NCBI GenBank assembly: GCA_002104905.1
Contig: MCFE01000307.1
Location: forward strand, 34,076 to 98,075
Origin: Basidiobolus meristosporus CBS 931.73
Taxonomy: Eukaryota > Fungi > Basidiobolomycota
Direction: 5' to 3'
Length of the DNA: 64,000 bases
Shown: positions 1 through 13,438 of the stretch, piece after piece
Layout of the letters: each line of letters opens with the position of its first letter
How positions within the stretch are numbered: position 1 is the stretch's first letter
Made by a program: the position numbers and the translations under genes
Notes under the pieces: generated by a model
Seen by the model: only the letters and a program-made list of their open reading frames with translations
What the model was told of the DNA's origin: nothing
Databases searched by the model: none

Positions 1-25
1 TGGCTGGACAGGGGGCTAGCCAATT

Positions 26-316
26 TTGTTTCAAGCCCATTCCTTACCATCAATTGCCACAAAGAGTAAATCACCGACGACAATTTCGGAGAAAATCACA
101 CAACATGGTAAATGGGTTGCAACAAACACTCCGAAATTGCCTGATAAGTTGATAGCCACAACAAACCAATTTCCCAGTTTCTTGGAAACAGATGTTATGA
201 AATTGCGATCCGATAGAGGTTTTGCCGAAAAGGAAGGCAAAGCTTGGTTCATGTTCGAAGATAGTGTACGCCGACTACCTTGGGTTCAGGAAGATCTCGG
301 ATTCTGGCTAGGATAG
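26..316 (+). CDS. Possible terminal exon of a gene entering from the left edge; product unknown
   Basis: Open frame of 96 codons ending TAG at 314-316, with a pyrimidine-rich AG (ttttgtttcaag, AG at 34-35) near its start; no recognisable domain. Confidence 0.25.
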   Translation: MFQAHSLPSIATKSKSPTTISEKITQHGKWVATNTPKLPDKLIATTNQFPSFLETDVMKLRSDRGFAEKEGKAWFMFEDSVRRLPWVQEDLGFWLG

Positions 317-1704
317 GATGGCGTTCTATCATCTTACATCTATGACTTCTTTTTGAGAAATCCTCATGTAACGTTACCATCGCAAATTGGCATTTTGTGT
401 ATTCAGACTGCGTTGTTAAACCTCACTAATTGGCTTGAGTGTGGTTACATGTCTATATGAGCCCGCATGCCAGTCAGAACACGGTGGCGTAGCTGGACAC
501 TAGCATATGGGCTGCGACCAGCCACTAGTTGGTCGTGAAGCAGAAGCAGGCTACTAGATTACTGCAGCACAATGATTCATATGCACCGCATGTGACCAGG
601 ATGGGCCGCAGGGCCGTGGTCATATACATCGCGCTACATAACATGATACACGGTGTTATGAAGTGTGTTAATCTTGATAAATTGAATCGAATGAAACATA
701 GGCATCCAGTCTACACACATGACCACACGCTGTTTCACCCGTGTCCCCATCCGATCCTGATGGCTCTCTTGCCAAATCAGACCCCATACACACCAAACCT
801 GCGCTCACTCTCGCGCATGCAACAATCAACACCCACCAGAGCCAAGGTGAGCTTGAACATGAGGGTGGATTCTGGGCATTCAGTCTAAAACATCCTCCAA
901 GTGATTGAGTCCATGGGGAATCTAGGCACCATCGAAATGGCCTATCACCATCGAGATGCGCACCAGGCAATCGATGCCTGCTTGGGATTTTTTTCGTCGC
1001 ATGCCGGTCGTTTGGGGGTGCGATCAGTGATATCTATCGGGAAAGCCCCTCCATTTCTTGGAAGGATATACAAGGTAGGAGGGCCCGCTTCTTTTGCGGT
1101 TCTGTCCCGAACAACGAGCGCTGACCTCGGTGGTGGACCTAGATCACGCTAAGGGCCGGTGTAGTCTAGACGCTGCATAGAGCCTGACCACGGCCACGTT
1201 GCAACGACCAGCCTGGATTTCTCATTGCCAAATCGCTGTCGAGAATTTTGGGTTTTTGGACTTCCGTAGCAAAACGGAATTTTTGGGGCTCTGGGTGCTT
1301 GAATATCAGATCTCACCGGCAGAGCGGTGGGATTGGTGGGTTGCGACTGCCTTTTGCAATGACAATCCCCCTCGATTAGGAAAAAACAATCTTCAATGAC
1401 AGATGACTGATGGGGCGGCCTACTATTGAAGATAGCTTGTGATAGTATTTCCAGTGTGGAATGATTCACACCATGCCAGTTAGCAAACAGACACCACGCC
1501 GACAGGTACTTGTGAGTGGCTAGCTTAAAGAAGCGCAGCAGCCTTCGGTTTATTATCAGAGGCAATGTACATCGACGCATTCACATAATCGACAATTATA
1601 GGACAATAATGTATTGATGGCTAATAGAAACGGCTCGGGACTAGTCTACACTATGGTACAATACACAAACATAGAACAATATATGATACAGACAAGGCCA
1701 GACT

Positions 1705-2610
1705 TCAGCGGATCAATCTCTTCACCATGGGCTGGTTGCGCTCGTTGGCGAACTTCTTGCGGCATCTGTTCAGCAGAACTAGAAACTTGTCGCGCCTTTC
1801 AGGGGAGATCTGGCTTTGCGGATTGAACAGCAGTTGCATGAATGAGTTGTCTATGGTGGTGGGTGGTAGCAAGGCAGCGCTCTCGGTCTTGGATACTTGT
1901 GAGGTAAGATTACGCTTCAAGTTGGCAATTGATTGCCTGTCACCCTTCCGACCACTGATATCCGTATTTTGCATGATCTCTGCAAGGTCATTCACGTAGA
2001 CTGAGACAGAGGTTTTACCTGATTTGAGCGAAGTCTCAAATTTCGGTGGGGCTGTGATTTTTCGAACATGTCCTGGGGCGCATGAAGGAACGGTATTTGC
2101 TCGGTGGGTGGGTGATTGTACTCGAAGTAGATGATCACCAAACTGCTGAAGGTCCAGTGGATGGACCATCAGGTCGAATTGGCCAAGGAAAAGCAGCTCC
2201 ATCTCCAGAACATTCAGGTCTCTGGGGTGGATTTGGGCTAGGTGGGCGTAGTGTGTATTGGTGAAGTAAACATCCGAAGAATATTTCGACACGATCATGA
2301 TGGCTGTGACCAGTAAACGGTGGACATTATGGGAATTCACAACGATGGGAATGTCGGTTTCTTTGGAGTACTTGACCCCACGATCCAGGTATATTAAAGC
2401 GTTTAAGAGGCATTCATTACTGAATGGGGCATACTTGTGTATGCGAAGAAGGTACTCCTCTATCCCCGACGACGGGATAGGGTCGGAGTAGAAGCAGGTC
2501 AACGCCTTGGTGTTGCAGGTGTCGTTGACCTTGATGGTTGATTCAAGCATCTTTGAGACGAGGGAAATGGTCTGCGTCACTGGGAAGCAGCCAATATCGA
2601 ATTTGGACAT
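1705..2610 (-). CDS. Pho80/PCL6-7-like (Pho85-type) cyclin, 301 aa
   Basis: Cyclin box: IEEYLLRIHKYAPFSNECLLNALIYLDR...NVHRLLVTAIMIVSKYSSDVYFTNTHYA...LNVLEMELLFLGQFDL. ATG at 2610 (MSKFDI) is preferred over 2703 because a TATA box lies at 2713-2720. Low-complexity C-terminal tail. Confidence 0.9.
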   Translation of the reverse strand: MSKFDIGCFPVTQTISLVSKMLESTIKVNDTCNTKALTCFYSDPIPSSGIEEYLLRIHKYAPFSNECLLNALIYLDRGVKYSKETDIPIVVNSHNVHRLLVTAIMIVSKYSSDVYFTNTHYAHLAQIHPRDLNVLEMELLFLGQFDLMVHPLDLQQFGDHLLRVQSPTHRANTVPSCAPGHVRKITAPPKFETSLKSGKTSVSVYVNDLAEIMQNTDISGRKGDRQSIANLKRNLTSQVSKTESAALLPPTTIDNSFMQLLFNPQSQISPERRDKFLVLLNRCRKKFANERNQPMVKRLIR

Positions 2611-2712
2611 CGCTGTTTGTGTAAAGGAGCGGTGGGGATAAGGGGTTTGGAAGACGGGAAGTAAACTAAAAGCTAGGGAATAAACGTACGTCCTAAACGC
2701 CAATGGGGTTGC

Positions 2713-2720
2713 TTTTTATA
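2713..2720 (-). promoter_or_regulatory. TATA box of cyclin 1
   Basis: TATAAAAA on the minus strand, about 100 nt upstream of ATG 2610. Confidence 0.55.
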
Positions 2721-5700
2721 CTTCTCAAGAGTCCACACGTTCCACATTTGTATTTTCATCACCAATGTTGGCTGTGAATAACGAGATTGGGGATATTGGT
2801 AGCGGTCCATTTTTGGTAAATGAATCTTGGCCAAATCTTAGAAATTCTAGTCTCATGCTTATTAAATCATATCCATAATCCACTGAGCTTCTACCGTGAC
2901 ATCAGAACCCAACCGATTGCTAGCAGTGTGCTGGTTGCCCATTTCGTGCAGGAAATCAATGGATCGGATGGTTTGCAGGTCGACCAAGGAATGACCTCGA
3001 CAACGGCGACAGAATAGCCCCTGACGCATATCAGCTGTAGATAGATGGAATCGATAGGCGTCTGCGGTTACTAGGTGATTACGTCGCAAGATTGGCTTCC
3101 ACGTAGCATCCCTCCATGGTCGTAGTGATAAAGACCGAGTTCCACAGAAATCATGAGCTAATTTATTCGCATCTACAACCTAATATATACACACGCTACA
3201 TGAAATCACTGTTTCTAAAAACAACCATTTGTTGACGATGTTGATCTGCAAGTATTTCGGAACATTGGATCTAAATTAGGCCATCCATTATTTAGCTGAA
3301 GGGGCCGGTGGATTGCTCCCAATTGCGATCCACGAGGCAATTGGGGAGAATGCGGCCAGCACCTGGTCTGCGATGCTCTGCCTCAAAGCCGGATCGCTGT
3401 CTAGAATGGTTCTGGGCTTTGGGCTCATACGACGGTTGGGCTTTCTTTTTGGAAGCCTTCTGCGTGTTGCTCAGTTGGCAGATGGAAGATAAGAGCAGCT
3501 ATAGAGGTTCCAACCATCATGCGCTACAAATCAGATTATTTTCCTCATCATGAATCACAGCGCTTCATCAGGGTCAGGCGATATCGAGGTAACGCGTGAT
3601 ATCGAGCACCTGTGCTACACTGATGAGTAGATTAGGTTGGCCATGTATCCACCAAGTTGGCCAAATTGCCTAAAAGCGACGGCTATATATGGCCGGTTGC
3701 TTGGTTCTTGTTTATTTTAAGCTCGTTGCAAACCGAGGCCATCAGTGTTGATGCGAATCTGAGCTGAGCCTGAGCTGGGATCCGATGGTGTGTTCCCGTG
3801 ATTGCGACATGCAGAAAATATGGGAATCAGCGGAATCGGCCATCACCACGCCTGCGTTTGCGTGGAATTTCGCAATCCAGGATTGGTAGCCTGGTGGTAA
3901 AACTGGTAGCAAATGAGGAGTAAGCCCGCGGATCATGTGATATCCTCTATCATGTTCGTCCAGTCCAAACCGGATTTGCTGGGTGGATTTAATCGACTTG
4001 GTAAAACGAAGGCAATGATCTGTGTCAAATTCAAGTGTGAGGTGCTCCCGACTGCGGCCCAAGCATGGTTGCACGGCTGAGGTTGGCCACTGCACCTGAT
4101 GTGTCGTTGACTCCTAGATGTCTTGGAGGTTGAGGATCCTGCTAATTATGCTGATGACTCACAACTCCGATTAATCATCATGAGACTGCTCCCAAGGGTC
4201 GAGCAGTGCAGCGCTGAGCGGAGGGGTCATCTGATGTGCGTGTAGCAAAGCTGCCATTCTTTCACTGGATTGTGTGCTCCAATTACTAATCCACCGAACA
4301 CCCCTCTGAAAGCCCCCGGTTTGGAGGATCCACTCGTGCCTCAATGGTCGGTATTGATGACGTGAACGGTGGCGACAGACTGGTAGCGCAAAATACGACT
4401 GGGACGATGATTGGGATGATGCAGTCCAACCTATCTCTCGGCAAGCGTAGGGTGAATATTGTCCGTGGCCGTGTGCGGATCAAGCTAGTGATGAGGCAGC
4501 AGCGAGGGAGGGTAACTTGATCATATGGCTCAGCTCGGCTACGACCTTTTCTCACAAAGGTGTGATAGTGGGCTGGATATCTGAATGAGTTGGGCACAAT
4601 GGTTGACCTCCTGATTCGTGATGTAACAATGCTAGATATTAGAGTTTGGGTGTTCCTAGCCTACCTTCTACGTAATGGGACTCGCTTGGATCTGGCTCCC
4701 TACTTGTTCTCTTGGGAAAACCGGTGTTTCAATGATCCATGCCACTTCTAAATAAAGGGAAGCTGGACATGTCGACTGACTGAACGATCCAATCCTGATC
4801 ACAGTGAACAGCCGTTCTGCACACTCAGATGGCCGTGTGACCTTTGCCATATGCGTATGCCTCCAATCCTTGCCGCTGTTTTCCTGTACTTGGCGGTTTG
4901 GTAATCAGCTAGATCTATGGTGGTATGAATTGGAACCGGCAGGTGAACAAAGCCACTTACTCCTGAAGGGGGTTTGATGAGTATTACCAAATAAGTCCTT
5001 GGAAATTTACGAATGGGTCAATCGTTTAGCTTTTCTATGCTGTCACACGCCCACTCGCCCACTCCGCTCGTCAAGCCACCGAATATTAGCTAATTCTTCA
5101 AGTGCTCCTCATTCCCATGCTGGCCAGGATGTGGCGCGGTTGGGCCGGGATGATAAAGGGTATCAAGAAGAGGAATTTTCACCAGACGATGAGAGCATGC
5201 GGTATGACTTACCATAAGGGGTGCTCAACGTGGCGGAATCTTGAAAAGCGGTTAGGTGGCTTCGGGGCAGCTACGGAGATCTGGGGTTACGTTTACCACA
5301 CTGTTGTAAGAGAAGTTGGTATACAAACCTTGGGTATGCTGGGCTTCCTCAACAGCCTATCGCGATATATTGAATATACTGGCTATGCTGGCTATATTAG
5401 CCGTTCTGCCGCCCACCCGTCAGGTTTACCCATATTCAGCATCCAAAGGTAGCTAGGTAAATCTCCCATCAGATTCGTCGGTGTATCCGCTGTGGAAATG
5501 GGAATGGCCGCGTAAGGTGATGGATGTGGGTGTGGGAGAGGGGTTGGTATAATCGATCAAGTGGAATCAGCATCTACCGAAATCCTATTGGATGTGAGAT
5601 GCACATCCCTTAAGTAGCCAAAGTCCATCAAACTTGTGATGCTATTTGGTTGCCATCTGATTTAGGCATGGATCGGTATGGGAAACTGACTGTGGCTCAT

Positions 5701-6659
5701 CGTGCATACTTGGTTTCAGACGTAGTTAGTGAGCTAAATTTCCAAACGGCTCACCGTGGAGCGTAGCCTTGACCATACATGACCATGGTCAACATAGAGT
5801 CAGGGACTCACCGTCATGAATGCCTAATTCAAGACAGACAGGCTATTGTGCAAACAAGGCCAATTTGCCCACTGATCTCCAATTGAGATGCTTGTTCTTC
5901 CTGACTGTAAAGCAGTCTGCGGATATGTGCAGACCTACACAAGATTCTAGGAACCAACAATATACATACCAGTAACCTCATTAGAATGCTACGATGTACA
6001 CGGTGACATCAGCGAAATCAGTGGAAGTGTATACTGTAGTCTACCAGATTTATACCATTCAATATTTATATCTCATATTCCCCAAATGCGAGTACTTTGA
6101 CCTACATAGAGCGGCAGAAATGCTCGCTCACTCGGTCAATGACCTCAGTTGGAGGTTAGAAAGGTAGACAAAGTTATCTGCCGAGCTTTTCTGAAAGTGG
6201 AGCGTTCTCACCCAAGTGTTTTTCTCTGCTACCATACCCGATGTTGTTATCTAAGACCATCAACAACGCTTTGGGTGCAATAAGGCCATATTGCTGGCCC
6301 ATGTAAATCCTGCTACAGGTGCAACAGCGGGCTATGCTCAATTTGGTATTCAGAGGGGTCGGTTCTACAGAAGATGCTTCTGTGGAGTTAACTTCCTGTA
6401 TTCAAGTAACATCTGGACACAGCTGGTTGCTTCCAATCTTACGTCTATTGGCCTACTCTGTAATATGGATATCATCTGTGTCCAATAGATTAGCATCCAT
6501 TGGGTGGGATCAGATTCTTTGTTGAAGATTTCCGAAACCCTAATTGTAGGTCACCCTACACCCTATCCGTCAACTATTGCTCTTCCTGGCTGCGATTTTC
6601 CGTCTGCCATGTATCTCTCTGATTAATCAGTCAGAAGACCCCAATAGAGAATCGTTTAA

Positions 6660-8350
6660 TTTATAGGTTGCAGGATACATGTAGCAAGCCTACTTGGGGT
6701 TTTGAAAGAAATTTAGAGTAGCAAAGGGTGATTTTAATTTATTGACTGATTCAGTTGATGCAATGTGCAACTTGATATCAGTAATAAAACAATATACTTT
6801 GCGTTGGTTCCCAGGAAGTTGTGTACAAAGTCTATGGCTTATTGCACTTGCCACACTATTTCAAGTTACCAGTGACAATGTTACTACCGAAGGTGATGGT
6901 GGGAGTCTGGAAGTCATTTAGTGAACATGCCAACTGCTATTAAGTGTGATTTTATAGACTTGGGAAGGGATCTACAGTATTTAGAAATAGGGCCCTTTCA
7001 GATGTAGTGCTATTAAGCTGAAGTAAGGTACCAATTCTTATATATGAACCAAAAAGTGTAATCACAATAATGCTCTGAGAGAAGCTCATGATTGTTTTGT
7101 GCTGGTTTTGGAGATTGACGGAAGCTTTTGGGAAATTTATAACCTGTCAGTACCTTGATTACATTGCACTTAAATATCTACTTTTCATCAAGTATCTCTG
7201 AGTATGTAAATAGGAGTTGAGCCAGTTATTTATAGTGCTTGAAGTAGCATCTAGGATAATACTCTATATATGCTCTCAAATCTAGTGCAGGATCCGTGGA
7301 AGTATTGAAATTGACCAGTGCTAAAAGAATTGCATTAATCTCACTGAATACTTTATTGAGCACAAGTTTGGTATCAATATTTTCAAAAGAACCAACTGGA
7401 GGTAACTGCAATTTCAGAAGGTTTGGGCTACCCAGACAAGCTTGAGTATTGTAATTACTTCCAGGATATCACTAACCACATCACTTTGGTTAATAGCCTG
7501 TATTTACACCTAAATATGAATGTCAAGATTGTTATCTGATTACTTACGAAATCTGCTGTTTCCTGACCAAATCCTGTACAACTGTGTACTCTTACATCAC
7601 CCTATAAAATGTTGTAAAAATTCGGGATTCCACCTAAATATTCACCTAACTTGGTCACTTAGATCATTACCTACAATACCCACAAATCTTAGAGAATATT
7701 GACCAAATTTCTTGTCGGGATTTACTTGTAATAATTTCACCAAAAACATCAGGTACCCAGAACATGCAAATTCTCAAAGGTTTCAAAACAGCCCCAAACT
7801 TTGCTCAAATGCTCTTGTGTCCTTCCTAAGTATATTCTACGTGCTTGTTTTACCAAGACAATGTAAAAGTATAAATACCGCTTTTACATTCAATATATCA
7901 TTAGGGGAACACCACTGAATCCATTTGCTCTCCCAGTCACTTCCCATATCCCCAAAACTCTTACAACAAATCCCAGTATAAGTTGCGTCAGGAAATGAAT
8001 ATTCATAACTCAGGAACAAACTGACTGCTGGAACTTGTACCATATCAAATAAGGAGCATTAATAAAAAAGCCACCTTCATATAGTATTTAAGTATACTAT
8101 ATTATTGAAGAGTTGGCCACTGACAAACAAATGTACATTTTGATCGGATGGTAAAATCTTAACAAGTTTATATGCCATACAACATCAGTAGGAGGGACAC
8201 TTGCCACTTACCTGGTGTTCCTAATATTTGGATGATAATGGGGACATGGGAGTTATCCTTTGCTGCAATCCAGGCACTTACAAGCATGGCTGTAATCAGA
8301 ATTACTATGCCTACATTGGTGCTGTGCATCCCAAGGAGCCACAGTGCATT
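6660..8350. other. CpG-poor degenerate repeat or pseudogene island inside the gene-rich arm
   Basis: Abrupt drop in CpG and GC, no intact ORF, contains the solo LTR; family not recognisable. Confidence 0.35.
7610..7968 (+). mobile_element. Solo LTR of the main copia family
   Basis: TGTTGTAAAAA...CTTACAACA, alignable to the LTRs at 18417 and 47530 with an insertion of about 10 bp; no PBS or PPT next to it; flanks TAAAA and AATCC do not match. Confidence 0.9.
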
Positions 8351-9517
8351 CTAGCCCATGTCTGTTGATAGCCATATATCGTCTCATCATCCGAAGCTCC
8401 AGAGGGAACTACCAATGATCTACTCGCAATTGAGTCAGACCACAATAGTGATACAATTGATTTCCAGAGATCTTAGGCTTGTCGGAATCAAGTCTAGTGA
8501 TAATAAACGGTAAACGATCAATTAACCTTAGGTGTCTCGTGTTGCACGCGGCGAGTTGCAAGCTAAATCGGTTAATCCCGTATTGACATATCCATATATG
8601 TATGGAGGGAATTAATCCAATTTTCATGTAGGCTGAAGTGTCATTTCTGTTGGGATGATGTGAAATGATATCCCGCTCCAGCAGAGCAGCACGATCTGAT
8701 TTGTGCAGAAAAATTCGAGCTATCAATGGTTGGCCTAGGTGTCGAGCCATTCAATTTCAATCGCACGCAGCAAATGGTGGTAGTTTTTCAAAGTGCCACT
8801 AGCATCTCTGGATTCGTGCATAGAAGGCCGATTAATGAAAAATCGTCGCCGACAATCATCATCTACAATGCATCGCCAAGGTTACTGGAGGTTAGATATT
8901 GGTACTGTCCTGGCTGGCCCAATGGGGTGAGGTGCCGAGCAACTACAAACTTCAGCAAGTATCCTACCATCCTGTCCAAGCCGCATAGAATTAGCCACCA
9001 CCGCTTAACCGGTTCCCAACACCAACGCCTGCGTCAACCCTAGTCTCTCCCCGGAGGTCCATGCCTAGGGCACCTCGCTCTAATCGGAAGGCTGAAGCAG
9101 GTCATCTTCGGTAAGATTCATGAACGCAACCGAATTCCAAGCAAACCTTAACCGTGGCTTCTAGAATTGGTTAACCGAGGCTGACTCGCTGCCTACCAGC
9201 CTTACCACTGTTGCCGGCGCCGTGAACTGCCGCTGCGTTCATTGCTGATTACCTAGATAAGAGCTTATTCCCTGGCCCAATCCAATCATGATATGCCAAT
9301 TCAAGATCACCCCATTTTCTGGTTCCGAAAAATTCATGTGATTTTCATGTGTCCGTTGGGAAGTGCTTCCAAAGCATCTCTGCCTCACTGGCGAGCAACG
9401 TCGGGCCGAGCTAATTTTGTTTCCATTTTGGGCGGCGCAATGAAGAGTGGGGGCGTGACTAATCTAGAAATCGCCGCTGAGTGGAAAATCCCGGAGTCCA
9501 GTCAAGGTGCTGGCCAC

Positions 9518-9525
9518 TATAAATA
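9518..9525 (+). promoter_or_regulatory. TATA box of the WS/DGAT gene
   Basis: TATAAATA about 100 nt upstream of ATG 9627. Confidence 0.6.
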
Positions 9526-9626
9526 GAGTCCGGCTGGCACTCGGCCCCTCTCCATCATTGTATCAATATCCGAGACAGAAGGTGTCTGTGTAAATTTCAT
9601 TCTTCTACGATTGTTTAGTTTCAAAT

Positions 9627-11098
9627 ATGGCTGCCAAGCTTGCAGAGCCCACTGGAATGCAGACTTCCAAGCATTACCTCACACCCATGGACCTGATTTT
9701 CCAACACCTCGAAACCAAAGACCACCCAATGACTTGCACGTCTATCTGGACATTCAAAGACGACTTGGATGACACGTTGGTTGCCCAAGAATTCGTGAAT
9801 TTGGCAGAGCAGCATCCGAAGTTCAGGCAAATCATTAAGCCGCTAGGAAATTTCAAGATGCCTGAATGGGTTGATTACGAGGACTTCAAAATGGATGACC
9901 ACTTGCATTTTATTACTCTAACCGATGGAACTAAGGAGGACGTTGCTGCCATCGGTGCCCAGCGCTTCGTCTCCCTGGACGTTGCTAAGCCACTTTGGAG
10001 GGCATACGTGATCCACGGCTTGAAAGGAAACGGGTCTGCTTTGGTTGGTAAGTACACGCTTCTATACCGCTTGCCAATTTCGAGTTGTATATTTACACAT
10101 TCTCCCCTCTACCAGTGCAAGCACACCACTCACTCAGCGACGGTATTGGATTCCTCTACTGCACACTCTCGCTAACCTCTGCTCGTGACATCAAATACAG
10201 CCACAAGAAGGCGGCTGTTGCCACTGAGCGGAAACCACTGACACTTGCGCGTGGCCTTGAGCTGCTACATATGTTCCTCCTCCAGCTTGCATTGATACTG
10301 TTCAACCTGACCAAGCTTTTCTTCTGGGAGCTCAATCAGCTGGTACAAGCGCATATCGTTCTGCGCAAATCCCTAAGGGTGAACCCTGAGAAGGACTCCT
10401 TCTCCAAGGCTATGAGCTGGTCTGAGCCAGTTGATCTCGAGGACGTCAAGTATCTACGCAAACACTATAGTTGCACAGTCAACGACATCCTTACAACCAT
10501 CTTAACGCTGGCTATCCGCAATTATCTCGCCGAGCATGGTCTTTTGAATGACAAGACATTCCGATTCTTGATCCCTATAAGTGTGCGTAAGATTGGTGAC
10601 CTCTCGTTGTCCAACAGAGTTGGTGGGTCTAGTTTGTTCACTCCAGTCGAGAGCTCCGACCCCGCAAAACTCTTGAAATCCATCCAGTTCAACATGTACT
10701 GTGCCAAGAACTCCATTGAACCCAGCGCTACATGCAATGTCCTATCTAACTTCGCATACTTGCCATCCTCCTGGTACATGCCAATCTGCCGCTGGTACGC
10801 CAATCAGTATACTGGCGTCTTCACTAACATCCCCGGCCCCCAACAATCCTTGAAATTTGCCGGCTCCGAGATCGATGACTATGTCGTGTATCCCCCACAA
10901 ACCGGACCAGGAGGCTTGGGAATGGGTGTGATCTCGTACAACAACAAGGTAGTGATATCGATCATCACCGACGAGACCGAGCGTACTGCCGGATTAGCCA
11001 AGGGGATCGCACACCAATTCAAGGTGGAGTTCGATAGAATTTTGAGTGATTGCCAGAATGTACGCAAAGAGGAACAGATCCACCCTCTCCACGGCTAA
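9627..11098 (+). CDS. Wax ester synthase / diacylglycerol O-acyltransferase (WS/DGAT, AtfA/WSD1-like), about 467 aa; exons 9627-10047 and 10116-11098
   Basis: A 68-nt intron (GTAAGT at 10048 ... TACCAG at 10115) joins the two ORFs in frame and gives VQAHHSLSDG, the HHxxxDG catalytic motif. Also PLWRAYVI, TVNDILTTIL, LIPISVR, NRVG and the C-terminal FTNIPGP...GVISYNNKV motifs. Confidence 0.9.
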
Positions 11099-11309
11099 AT
11101 GAATTTGCGTGGTGTTCGAGATTTCCTGTACTGTATTTTTTCCTGTTCATTCCACAATAGACTGCCATTAAATATCATTCATGATCACTGCAATCGCAAC
11201 ACAAAGTTTATATTCCAGAAGTGGCTATTGGAGATCGGATCCACCATGACCACCAATCGGATGCCTCGGAACAGGTAATCATGATTCAACAATTGATGCA
11301 TCATTCCTT

Positions 11310-11322
11310 GGGGGGGGGGGGG
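11310..11322 (+). repeat. Poly-G tract (13 G)
   Basis: Homopolymer about 210 nt downstream of the WS/DGAT stop. Confidence 0.9.
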
Positions 11323-13438
11323 CGGTGTATATATGAATCAACTACTTCAGACAATCTAGACACAGCTATACCTGGAGCCTATAACCATGGGGAATAGAAC
11401 TCAGCAGATGAGGTTATAAATACACATCTACGGCCCGATAGTGCTACCAATTTTGTTCCAGGCAATAGGAGACAGAGATCTAGTTTGTCGATGAGCATAT
11501 GTAACGTTAGGCAATCAGATCGTTACATCAAATGTGGATGCAATGGCTTGCTACGTTCCAGCATAGCGTGCCCCATTGCTCTTTCCGAAACTCTAGTGGC
11601 CACTATGGATCAAGCCCACAACGGCTTGGTGAACTAGTCTTTTTGAGTCCGATGCCAACTCACTGGACAAGTTCCATTGGGTACGCGCACAATAAACTGA
11701 TATATGCAAATATACTTGACTGAGCAGAGTGGTGTTTGGCTGAAGGTAACAGATTGGGTTTTGGGGATTGGTTGAAGATGTGACTTTTGATGAAGTCAAT
11801 TATGTGTGTCTATCCACATGGTGTATGTGTCCCAAGGCGTGTTGGTGGTGAACGCCCCTTCTAAACCCTCACCACACCTTTGCCAAAGATTGGTTGGCTG
11901 ATTTCCTCAAATATAGATATCAAGGCATGAACCAGCTGGCCTAATCAGCTGAACAGCAGGCATGAGGAGCATGTTCTGATAATTCCATGTGGAATGTGAC
12001 CAGGAAAACCAAGATGGTGGCAACTGTTAGGATTCTCAGTGAAAATTTCTAGGTGAGCAGGACACATGCAATCCGAGCTTCCCAAGGAGCAAGCGAAGTC
12101 CTCTCATTATGGAGAATTGATGGGATTGAGAGTGCTCCAGCCCAAGGCAGTGGCCAGTAAACAAATGTCTAGGGTTAAAGTAGGCGCATCCATACCAGAT
12201 GCACCCAGATGGATCGTCCCCCATTTACTTTCCTAAGCCCGGATAGCCGCAACTGCGGAGACGTTTTGGGGGTCAGCAACAGGCTTGCTAATTGAGGATA
12301 TCGGAGGATGTCTGTTTCGCCCCTTACCTACAAATATGCTGATCATCACGTTCAGGAGATCTTGATAGAATATAGATGATGAGGGTAGATCTTCGGAGAA
12401 GCTTAGCTTCAACATGGTACATAGGACGCGCACGCGCAGGATTTACCAGACTGTCTCGCATGAGTAACCACCGCAACCACTACTGCATCCACAACCGCAA
12501 CCACAGCCACACTAACCCTAAAATTCCCTACCGTGGGCTTATTCCGGGAGATTTCCAGCACAATCGTCAGGTGGGAAGTGGCCAATGTTTCCTGAATCCC
12601 CATTCCCTTGATTGGAATCCAACGGACAAGTTGTAACCATAACAAGACAGCCCTTGCATACAGATTGGTATATGTTAGAGTGGCAACCATGCTTGGATAC
12701 ATGGATCTCCTCGACCTCGCTGACCGAAGGATCTAGCCGAGGCGTGCGGGAAACAACAAATATATCTCTATACATTCCGTGCCCTTTATTGGTGAGCCGG
12801 TTCTTTTTTCCGGACTCTGATAGGGGTTGGGTGGGTTCCTATGGTCCCGGCGACCAGCAGCCAAGGAGTCGTACCCCTACGCTGGCCAAACGGCTGACAA
12901 TGGCCCCCTCGCTCCTACTTGCACTGGTGCTGTTCATGCGCTCCAGAGCTCGTTGGACCTTGGGAAAGCCTCCGAAGGATTGGAGGGAACAAGGCTATAT
13001 AATTTGGGTGCCACCCGGGTCTCTTTGGACCGTACATGCCTCACGATCCACTGGGTTCCGCAATCCTTCGAAGATCTTGCAGACATACCGAGCTGCACTC
13101 GAACAAAGACAACATGGATGAATGTGGCGTTGAAAAGATCTTTTGTTTGGTGATAAGAATTGGAAAACTCACCGCCCTCATGGGTGTCCTTACTTGCTAT
13201 ACGACTCAGTTAAAATAGATCAACTGATGTGTGGGAGGGATGAAATTCAAGTGGGTTCGGGAGAGGGGGCTTTCATAGTGAAGAGATATCAATAATATAA
13301 ATAATAGATCGCTGGCGATATGATATATGATGTTCATCAGCAATCAATGAATATATCTGGAATAGGGAGATCGCGGTGCTGATTGGGTTCCCCAGGGCAT
13401 CGAGAGACTTCGCACCACCCGATTAGGTGCCGACCGTG

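Noticed and set aside
2611-2703. N-terminal extension of cyclin 1 from ATG 2703
   Set aside because: The TATA box is only about 10-17 nt upstream of it; cyclin-like sequence begins at MSKFD (2610)
2800-6500. Short ORFs of 60-117 aa on both strands
   Set aside because: No domain motifs, no consistent strand or codon bias, and lengths expected by chance at this GC content
12460-12530. Thr/Ala-rich mucin-like exon
   Set aside because: Degenerate ACC/ACA repeat bounded by stops in that frame; no convincing splice sites or flanking exons
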